Shown here: one piece after another, positions 1-10,900 of the stretch
How the letters are laid out: each line of letters starts with the position of its first letter
Numbering within the stretch: the stretch's first letter is position 1
Source of the DNA: Lytechinus pictus
Lineage: Eukaryota
DNA length: 64,000 nt
Assembly (NCBI RefSeq): GCF_037042905.1
Contig: NC_087251.1
Location: 26,848,001 to 26,912,000 of the forward strand
Direction: 5' to 3'
Program-made: the position numbers and the translations under genes
The notes under the pieces: model-generated
What the model was told of the DNA's origin: nothing
What the model saw: the letters and a program-made list of their open reading frames with translations, nothing else
Database searches by the model: none

Positions 1-160
1 ACCTAAAACTCGCACAGGATGGTCAGTGATACTTGATTACTCTAATGTCCAAGTTATATGAATCAGATCCATAAACTTTTAAGATTTGTAGTTGATGCCG
101 CCGCCGACGTCGGAAAAGCGGCGCCTATAGTCTCACTCTGCTATGTAGGTGAGACAAAAA
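1..160 (+). mobile_element. 3' end of a probable Helitron/Helentron-type non-autonomous repeat
   Basis: GC-rich hairpin GCCGC...GCGGC followed by GTCTCAC...GTGAGAC and an A-run, the usual terminal layout of such elements. The other end is outside the window. Confidence 0.4.
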
Positions 161-317
161 CTGCATCTTCTATGAATGGCAAAACTCAAGATTATGTGTA
201 CCAATGCCTGCTTTATGCACTATACCATATGTGTAATGTGCAAGTGAATAGCACTTGCATAAAGACAACCTTCCAGAAGTTGAATATTAACCAAAGTCAA
301 AGCAACTTTTACTTTAA

Positions 318-1078
318 CCCTAAAAAGACTGGGGGGGGGGGGGGGCTGATTCAGCTCCCCCCCTCGACATTTTTCGCGATAAATCTGTAACGCGAAAAGC
401 TGGCGCCTCGCCGTTCCATGACTTTCTTCTTTCAAGTCTTGCGCAACTTTTGAGACCAAATTTGCGATGCCCGGGTACGTGGATCCGAAATTACGCAACA
501 TTTTGTAAGTGCATGTCGACCCGAAATTGCTCAAAAACGTGAATTTGTGTACAAATCCAATGCAAATTGTGTTTTTAGCCAAAATTCATAAATGTATCAT
601 TATTTTCAATTTCACTAATCAAACTCAATTAATTTCATCTTGTTTATGGTCAGAATAAACAATTGAAAAAACAATAAAAAACAAAAAGATAAAAAACAAA
701 AAGTCGAAAAACAAAGAAATACATAAGAAATTTAAAAAACAATAAAATACATAAGAAAAGAATTGTGATATTGATTTTTTTAAAGTACATTTGATCAGAA
801 TCCTTCAAAGAGTCTATGAATAAAAAATTAGCAGTTTAGAGGCCTTATTTAGTTTATTAGAGCAAATCTTGGATTTTACGCATAAATTAGCATAACTAAT
901 GAATTATGAGATTTTTCGGAAAATTTGATCCTAGTCTTGGAGATTATGCCATGGGTAATGCACGTGCCAATTTTCGTCGCGATCGCGCGGTCGACGGCCG
1001 AGATCATGGGGGGGGGGGCTGAATCAGCCCCCCCCCCCCAGTCTTCTTAGGCATCAAAATAGCCCAGTCTATTTAGGG
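318..1078. mobile_element. piggyBac-type MITE
   Basis: TTAA on both sides (314-317, 1079-1082), TIR CCCTAAA(A/T)AGACTGGG, and internal subterminal inverted repeats (GGGGGCTGAWTCAGC-like). Confidence 0.85.
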
Positions 1079-1289
1079 TTAAACCAGAGTATGCATAAGA
1101 AAATGTCATAACCCAAGACCAACAGATTTCTTTGGTCTCAATACACCTTATACATTGACATCACCACGCCGTCATCTTAGGGGTCAGTGCCATTGCCTAG
1201 CGTGCATTGGTGCATCTCTAACAACTCTGTTTACGCATATATAGCTGATGAGGGAGGTCGCTACGAGATGACGTCAAAAGCCTAACGTC

Positions 1290-1612
1290 CAGACCTGCCA
1301 ACCTCTGGGAATGAAAAACTGTATTCTGTGATACAAAAAACTGTATTTTCCCCCAAAAAAGTGTATTTCATAATAAAATGCTTGGCGCACTCGCCCATCA
1401 CAGCGCTCAAGCTGCATGCAAGCTAAAATGCGCACTGCTCTTGCAGATGAAAAAAAAAACCATTGAAACTTGTGTATATCTCACCCTGGTTTTTACAAAA
1501 TGATTGAAAAAAAAAACAAGTTACCTGAAATTACATTGATCTAATAACCATATTTGTGTACGTTTTATGAAATAGAGACATATAGAGATGATTTTTCTCA
1601 ATAAATTACGAT

Positions 1613-1664
<52 letters not shown>

Positions 1665-1777
1665 GTTTTTTTTTTTTTAAATACTAAAAACGTATTTTTT
1701 AAAGAAAAAACGTACTGCCGTATTTTGGTTGCAAAAACGTACTAAATACGGCTAAAACGTACTGGTTGGCAGGTCTG
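1290..1777. mobile_element. Non-autonomous DNA transposon with 6-bp TSD (hAT-related, 6-bp TSD type), copy 1
   Basis: Perfect 14-bp TIR CAGACCTGCCAACC; TSD AACGTC at 1284-1289 and 1778-1783. Confidence 0.85.
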
Positions 1778-1915
1778 AACGTCTATAGCTTTGACTACAA
1801 TAGGCAAAGTTACCTGTATTTTAATAAAATCTCCCAGATCACCCCAAATAGCATTTTATAAAATGCAATTAAATCCTGCTCTTCTTCCTCATCACGCTAA
1901 CTATCGACTACTGAC

Positions 1916-4900
1916 CTGATACTAGATTGCAGGTCTGGAAGACCATGTTGTCTGCAAGGTATGATAATGGAAAGTACTCGCAATGCCAGAGGCTGTAACC
2001 TTCTCTGTCAAACTTCTCCCAGAAATAAGGCAATGCAACGGTGTCTGTTTCGTTGTTGGAGTAGCATCTCTTCCATGCATCCATGTCAAAGTCACTAAAA
2101 TAGGAAGGAGGAAAAGGTAGTAAGGTAAATCTTAAGGTTCAAAGACATCCTTTTCCAAATACAACCACTTGGACGTTGGTATTGGTATATTACACTATGA
2201 CTGGAAAGAAAAGGAGAGAAAAAAAAAACTTGTGAAATCCCCTCGTGCATTGTACAATATAAAGCTTAAATAAACCCGAGGGTGTTTCACAAAGAGTTAA
2301 TAAAATGTGTGGTTTAGAGTTGCACTTTCCAGTTGCGTGCATCGCATTGGTCAAATCATACCAAGAGGACGGACACTACTGCGTATTAAGCAATAAGATC
2401 GCATGTAACAAACCATGTGCGTGTCGGCATTTAAGCATGATTTCTAAGCAATACTTGACTCTTTGTGAAGCACCTCCCTTGAATGGAAAGCCATCAGGGC
2501 CTAAAATTCAGGTGCCTGAAGACTAGCAAACCCATAGGCCCGTATTCTGAACTCGGGTTTAACTTAAGCTCAGGTTTAAAGATGTGGTTTAAGTATGGAT
2601 AGCAAACAGTAGAAATAAAATATTTTGGCTAATTTGGCTCTCAAATCATTCATAATTGTCTAGGAATTATAAATATATGATTGTCTTCACCATCCATGAA
2701 TCAGGAAAGAGCACAGTCAACATAAGAAACATACAACTTACTAAATATTTTGACACATTTGGCTTCCCATAATTTTAGCACAGAGTTAGACCATGGTCTA
2801 AGTTAAACCTGACTTCAGAATACGGGCCAAAGTAATTAAGAGGGAATGTCCTATAGAAATAGAAATTAACAGATTGTTGGTACTTGTTCCTGAAATTTAC
2901 AAAAGCCATGTGTGAAATGACAGCAGAGCAATATCAACGTTGAGAGAAATAGGTAATGAATCCCAAACAAAAAGAACTGTGTGAATGACAGAACCATGCA
3001 GTCAATGTTTTAGCTGCTTGAATTAAATGATTTCAGAATATCTTGGAATGACATGAATGTTAAATTGAACAGCTTAACATTTTACAAGTCAAAACAATAG
3101 TTCGAGAATAAAACTAATCATTAATGAGTAAATCAAAGAGTGGGCCGATTACACTACCCTGTCGTATTCTAAGGTACCTAGTTGAGAAACAGCTCTTGTA
3201 AACAACCCGTTGTTGGCATTCTTGCAAGATATTACAACATATACTAAACGGAATGTTAAAGGCTTGCTGGGGAAGTTTTATTGTAAATACTTATGGCTTT
3301 CGCATTGATCGATCTGTTTGATAAGTCTGACTTATCAGACAGATCGATCAATGCGATCTCATTTACTGGGTTGAAAGCCATGAGAATTTACAATATATTA
3401 TACTAAACTGTAGCTAGTTTATTCTTAAGGACATCATGAGGCATTACATAAAATGCCTTGGCAAAATCTAAAAATACTGCACCAATTTTGGGAGGCAGTT
3501 TTGTCAAGGATATTCAACCATGCATTACATTCATCAATTGTGTTACGCATGAACAACCTTTTATAACCCTGTGCTGCTGGGATTCACCAGAGTACTCATT
3601 CAAATGGGTTCTGATAGATTTAGTGACAATGGATTCCATCAGTTTACAAACCATAGACGTTAGTGCTACATGTTTTCCTGCACAGGAGACTGATCTACAT
3701 AAAATTTCTCTATAAACATTTGTGAGTTTCACATAAAAGTCCCTGCACACTGAACAGACTCCATGCACCATCCCAGTGCATGAAAACATTAGAAATTGAT
3801 GTGGATATAATTCAAAAGCGATTGGTCACACCAATAATGCATAATGTCTTAATAATTGTAACATTCTGTTTTTAATGCAATTGCTCTGTAAGAAATAAGA
3901 TTAGGTTTGGGACATGGAGACTCGGAGCAAATATTGTATAACAAGGCTTTCTGCCAATCTATATTTTCTTCACACACATACACAAAGAAATCCCCCAAAG
4001 ACACTTTTAAACTAATGCACTCATCCTTTCAACTTCATAGGAATGTCAGTGAAGCACGGGGTCTGGATAAAGAGTATAGAAAGACTCTCCCAAACACGAA
4101 AACCTCACATGCTTAATGTACCCCCAATTCCAAATGAAACATCTACTGGCGATAGAACCAGATGAATCATTGAATGTTGGGGGATTTAGGAAGTAAATTT
4201 TCCAGCATCGTTTAAGAACAATAAAGATGCATCAAAAGAGTCGGTTGGTATCATTTGATAAGGCTTAAAGCCAAATAGCCAGAGCCCTTTTCTGAGTAGC
4301 ATCTGCTTTAAGCATAAACTACAGAAATACTCACTGGTTCCTTGCCCAGCAACATTTTGATCACGAACTTTTACAGTATATGCTAATTTCAATAACAAAT
4401 AATTTTTGCTCATCTTCATAATATTCATACTAGGATATTTGACGAGGAACAAAAAGATTTAAGTATATTCATACTCATTTTTTTTTCTCCAAAATTATGA
4501 AATGGCCATTGCAATTATGAAAACCAGATTGAAACTGCAGCAATAATCAGGAATAACTGAAACAAAGAATTAAGTAATTGTGATGAATTCTGTTTATCAC
4601 GTGTTTGGGCAAAAGATAAAACTGAACTGCAGAGACCGCTCAACAGTAATTTCCTTGTTACTCTGTGATTTCCATCTAGCTTTCATGAATATACAAACAA
4701 GGTGGTTCACGAACCAAGAGTCTCACCTGATTTCGCGATCAAAAATATATATTCTACCATTTTATATTATACCTAAAGATATACAAATTAAGAAAATAAT
4801 ATGATCATTCATCATCTTTATGAAGATTACACTGACAAGTCGAGACTAACATTTTATACCAGTTTGCTTCCAAAAATATATCTCAAACTGAATAAATCCC

Positions 4901-7900
4901 ATTCTCCAAGAGCCATTTAGACACTGACAGAACTACATTACCTCTTTGGGCAGTCTTCAAATGGATCAACCTTCTTAGGAGGTGGAAGATGTACTTCATC
5001 TTCTACTTCTTCTTTCTTGGCCTTCTTCTCAGGCTTCTTCTCGGCTTTCTTGGGCTGTTCCTTCTGCTTCTTTTCCTTCTTACCGGAACCACCACCACCA
5101 CCACCAGATAGCTCAGCATATTTCTTGGCTGTAAGTCAAAACAAATTTTACACATGAAAAAAAAATTCTGGGCCCCATCTTACAAAGAGTTACGATTGAT
5201 CCAATCAATCATAACTATGAAAATACATCAGTGTCATAATTTTTTCTACAGGAAATTTGCACAATGTCCTTTGTAAACAAAGAGAAGCACAGTGAATTTT
5301 CAAGAAAACAATGAATATACATCATAGTTAGAAAATATTTTGAACAAACATGCATAATAGATTTTGATGTTTGTGATTGATCGGATCAATTGCAACTCTT
5401 TGTAAGATGGGGCTACTTGTTATTTTAATCCTGACTGAAAAGGGTTTTCAATAGGTCTTTTAAAACCATTGTTAGCATAACTCTTCCAGACATCACTCAA
5501 CCCAGACAAGACCCATGAAATACCCACCTATTGCCCATATTTCCTTGGCTTCCATGACATTTGCTCCACTCTAAATTTCACACACTAATTGAAACACCAA
5601 CTCCATCACTATACCTTACCCTAAACCTAAACCTAGCATAAAACCCTATTACAATCCTAACCCTAAATCTTAGACAAAATTAAGCTCGGAGCAATGTCGC
5701 AGGAGCAAATGTTGTGTCACCATTCCTTGAAAGTATTTTGACTTCGATGGAAACTACCAAGAAAATGAAAAATATTTCCTTTTTCTTGACTCTGGAAGAT
5801 CGATAGTTTCTGGAAATTTCAGTTGGTGTTATTAACATCAATGTGTCCAAGTGCGACAAGAGATGCGCCCCCCCCCCCAAAAAAAAAAAAAATTCTTCTA
5901 GGCTCCTTTTCTTTAAACCTAACCCCCCCCCCTCTAATCATAGTTGCAGGACAAGTCAATGAACGGTTTCTTTGCCCACAATGCCCTACAACTCCTTCTT
6001 CTTACCATCAAATTGTGCCATTTTCTCACAAAGTGTGACCTCTCCAATGACTGCTTTGACCTCTGGTTGGTTGATGAATGTGACAAACCACCTATTCAAA
6101 TGGACAAAGGCCTTGCGATAGTTTACATCGAATACCTGGAATAAAAACAAGACAAATGGGGGGAAAATTATACAAATAATTAAGACATTTTTTTTTTAAA
6201 ATATAAATTCTGTATGATTTTGAGATTTTGAAATGTTTGATTTTTCAAGGTCCATGCTCCAGAGTATTCCGAAATGCAAGCAAATGTGTTTTATTATACT
6301 CCTTCTTAGGCCTGACTTGAAACGGATATTTAAATATTCGGATACCCTACACTGAAAACCGGACGGCGGACGGGTATCCGAAATTTTACCCTGAAATATA
6401 AAAAATAATATCCATTTGCACTTATTTGAGTTATATTTAAGATTTTCAGTTATATTTGAGTTTTGAACCTATCCGATGATAGCGAGAGTCAGCGTGCGCT
6501 AATTGAAATATTTCTGAAAACTACGAAATTACGAGGAGCTGAATATTTTGGGTTGAATCTGTTTTGCAATCGGATTTGACTAATGTGAGTTAGCATGAGA
6601 CTACTCAGGCACGGCTTCAAATGTAGATCGTATGACACTGTAAGCTATTAGTAAATGACTATTATTTGAGTCATACAAGTCGGGCCTAGTTACGATCCCA
6701 TTTAATGGTTGCGAGAGTATGTGTGTTTCTTTTTTAGTTCCGATCGAATGAAATAAGATGCAATGAATTTGACCGAGTCGAGTGTAAGTGCGAGTCTACT
6801 ATTACTAAAAGTCTAAAACCAGACAGGCCTACATCATTCAGCTCACGCACGTGCTGTCCTGTCTGGCCTTGTCTGGAGCGAATCGTCCGATATATATTTG
6901 GTTACATTATACTCGCTACACCTTCAAATGGGATCGTACTTGGAATATTTTCATTTTCATGTCGGGTTTCTCCCCATTCCCCAAATTATAGCCAAGCTTC
7001 TCATTTCTCAACTTCTGAAACATAATCACACTTCTAACAAAGATTCAAGACAAGATTTAATCACAGTAACAGTAACTAATCACTTACATTCATCACCAGT
7101 AAGTTTTACTGCAAAACACGTCGATTCACAACCGACCACATACTCGGCGGGCGCACATCATAAACCTTTCTGGCACGATACCGCCTTTTAAATAATTGTT
7201 GTTTACGTGATGATGGATATCAAAATTTATAGTGGATATGCCATTTAAACTGAAATAAAGGAAAATGTGTGTTTTGTAATTTATATATAAAATATTAATT
7301 CATGAAAGAGATTTTCAATTGACAATTATCATTCTTTCATAATTCAATAATTCTAGTAGAATAAAATATGAAGTTTTGATCCTGATATAAGTTTCTATGA
7401 ACAAGTTATCAAAATATAAACATATGTGAACAATTTAAAATTTGCAATAACACAAATACAATTGACATCTAGATAATGGACAGTTTCATTCTAATTAATC
7501 ATTATTAATGACAATTCAAGAAAGAAAAGGGATGATTCATTATTTCGGATTTGATAAATAAATCAAAAGAAACAAAATAAAACGGCCAATCAACATGTAT
7601 TTGACGTTTACATGATTTCAAAATTATCTCCATTCTTCGTTCATATCGAAAGTTGATGTGAGAAAAAAGGACTGAAAATGAATATGTCGTTACGCATTTC
7701 AATTTAAATAAATTACAAACAACATGACACATGCAGCCAACATTCATTCGACGTTTTCATAGTTAAAAAAATAATCATCTTCATTTGTAACGAAAGTTGC
7801 CGTGAGAAAAAGTAGAATTCATTTTGTATTTGATGAATAAATCACAAAAACAACATGACACACGCAATCAACATTTATTCGACGTTTTCAACTTTTCATA

Positions 7901-10900
7901 GTTTCAAAAATAATCATCTTCATTTGTAACCAAAGTTGCTGTTAGAAATAGTAGAATTCATTTTACATTTGATGAATAAATTACAAGAAACAACATGACA
8001 CACGCAATCAACATTCATTCGACGTTTTCAACTTTTCATAGTTTCAAAAATAATCATCTTCATAATGAGAAAAAGTAGAATTCATTTTGCATTTGATGAA
8101 TAAATTACAAGAAACAACATGACACACGCAATCAACATTCATTCGACGTTTTCAACTTTTCATAATTTCAAAAATAATCATCTTCATTGGTAACCAAAGT
8201 TGCTGTGAGAAAAAGTAGAATTCATTTTGCATTTGATGAATAAATTACAAGAAACAACATGACACACCTGAGTAACCCGATCAACATTTATTTGACGCTT
8301 AAATGGTTTCAAATTATCTTCATTCTTCACTCGCATTGAAAGTTGAGGTAAGAAAATATACGATGAGTTACGCATTTGAAATCATCAAAAAATAAGACGG
8401 GAAAGAAAAACGATCTTAAGCGACACCATAGTAAAATCGCCATCGTTGTCAGAACGGAACTTTACTCCATTCACGGACGGTCATGCTCCAAAACTGATAT
8501 AAGGTCATGTTTCAAAACTGATAAAAACGATGGTTTTCGGCGGGAATATATTACCGAAGAAGATTAATTGATATTGGTGATTATATTGGCGACTAAAACT
8601 TATAAATATTGTTGGTGAGTCTTACTAAATTTAATGAGGTTTTGTGACAGGAAAGTGGTGAATCAGTGTCCATGGATACCCGAACCCGAAAAATGAAAAC
8701 CGTTATCCGTCCACGCGGGCGGAAACAGTTCGGATATCCATTTGGTGGCAGCACTACTCCTTCTTTATCTTTCCACCAATGTATAGTTACTTTAGCTTCC
8801 CATATGGGCTACTGGAGGGATTTAGGCCAAACATTCGTTGTTGCACACTGCATAATAGGGTATTCACAAAGCTGGAATAAAGTTAATAGCATTGGACCAA
8901 TCTTATATATCCATAGTCTGAAGACAGCCTATAATTCAATTCAAAGATCTCTTGAATGGTCAATGTTAAGACAACTCACAATAAAATAGTTGTCTCACAG
9001 AAAGTTTGGGAGATTCAGTTGGCAGGAAGGTTGTTATTGTCAATCTCCCTGGGGCGTATTTCATGACTACTTGTATCTCTCTCTTTATGCGAATATCACC
9101 AGGTGTGATGATCATGCTGTTGGACAACCCTTGGGTCCTAGCCTTCTTTTTTAACACCATTCCCAATTCTTTATTGAATAAATTTTCTACACTGTCCATC
9201 CACAGTAACTTTCACCTAAAACCTCAATTTCCCACTGATGCAACAATTTCTAGGCCTAAGCTCATGATGTGACATGTCATCAGCATTCGTCCAAACTGTC
9301 GTATCAGTCAATTTTGGTTTTAAAAAAAATCGATCTTGAGATTTTTGCAGAAAATGAAAGAAAAAGTCCTATTCTAAGCATACCTAAATTTCTAGGCAGC
9401 AATTTATTTCAGTTTGTGAGATATGTGGGGACTTTCACAGCAGTGCCTTACAAATTGTTGATAAATGCGCAAATCCCATTGGAAATGTGTACTAAAGCAA
9501 AGCAAATAACAGCTGCGCGTACTTCATATGCAAATGCGCGGTCAGTCAAACCGGCATTGGATTGACTTTGCACGTGGAAGACGTTTTGACTGATCACGCA
9601 CACTGAAATTGTGGTCAGGGTTGTTGCATCCCCTATGGAGTTTTTGTACAGGGAAAATCAAAACCTCTCAAGACGAAATAACAAGAATGTAATTTCTCTG
9701 ATTCTTGGTTTTTGTGTAAAAATAAAGATACCAAAGTCAAGCAATTGTCTTGGTCTTTCCAACCATGTATTTTTTAAGCAATAAATATGTTGTAAGGCTA
9801 GGGAACAAAGTGTAGAAATTATAGTAAACTTTTAAGTTGATTTTCTCTAAAATAGGTTTGCAGTGTCATATGTGTGATACGATGGTTCGGATTACCGCCA
9901 ACGATATGAATGTCAACACACGGTCTCATTAACACTTCTAAATTGTAACAACTTCATATGCTCTTATCATGAAGTATTAATCCTTTTCACCAGGAGATCG
10001 CTATTATACTGACCTGTCTGTATGCCAGGAGTAGCTGACATCCTACACTGATATCAGCAAGGGTGACCCTCTCACCAACCAGGAATGTCCTTGTCTTGAG
10101 GTACTCGTTGAGGAAACTAAGAACAGTTTTCAATGACTCCTTTGCCTTCTCTGTTTGCTGAATTAAAGAAGGGAGGTCAATTTAAGTCAATCTCAGGTCA
10201 ATTTGAATAGACAAGTCACAAATCATACTCTAATGACCTGTTTCACATGATTTGATTTCAGTATAATAGACAAAGTCTTGGGCCTGAGCCAAAGTTATCT
10301 CCAGGGAATAGGGTTTACTCATCATTTCTCAATAGTTCATTCATTTAATTTACATGGTATCTATCCACTAATAAATATAAAAACATAAATTAAAGAAAAG
10401 AATTACACAACTTTATATTCACTAGAAAGTTTGTTGGTTTGGGATGCAAAAAAAAAAAAATCTGTTCTTCATTATTAAAATGTCAGTGAAGCACGGGGTC
10501 TGGATAAAGAGTATAGAAAGACTCTCCCAAACACGAAAACCTCACATGCTTAATGTACCCCCAATTCCAAATGAAACAACTACTGGCAGTAAAACCAGTT
10601 GTATCATTGAATGTTGGGGGGTGTACAATTTACAGAACTGCAAATTGAATTAAAGGGAAAAAAGGTCTCTTCCACTCTTTAAACAAGGTGGGTGTTTCAT
10701 AAAGCTTATTGTAAGTTAAGAGCGACTTTAAAAATGACTAGTGAACCTTTCTTACATGTTAAATAATCAACAATGAATATCATTTACCACAACAAAGGAT
10801 CACCAGTCATTCTTAAAGTCACTCTAACGTTGCGAACAGCTTTACAAAATGGCCCCCAGGTATATATTCCATGGCCCGAGACCACTGACCATAACAATCT

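Noticed and set aside
1101..1215. Possible third H/ACA snoRNA on the minus strand (two hairpins ending in ACA-UUU)
   Set aside because: No ANANNA hinge, no pocket at 14-16 nt from ACA, and part of it looks like a repeat remnant.
1810..1896. GTGATGA box C-like motif just after EEF1G exon 8
   Set aside because: No CTGA D box or terminal stem within snoRNA distance.
3030..3125. TGATTA...CTGA minus-strand C/D-like segment
   Set aside because: Degenerate C box in AT-rich sequence; rRNA complementarity is short and not adjacent to the D box.
5615..5667. Telomere-like CCCTAA repeats (interstitial telomere or telomerase RNA template)
   Set aside because: Degenerate and enclosed by the inverted repeats of a short dispersed element; no telomerase RNA architecture.
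7700..8345. Regularly spaced repeats resembling a CRISPR array (also 26972-27175)
   Set aside because: Whole units repeat with no unique spacers, the context is eukaryotic intron, and there are no cas genes.
9866..9925. Minus-strand hairpin followed by AUAUGA (H-box-like) and ACA
   Set aside because: No second hairpin, and it abuts a transposon-like sequence; insufficient support.
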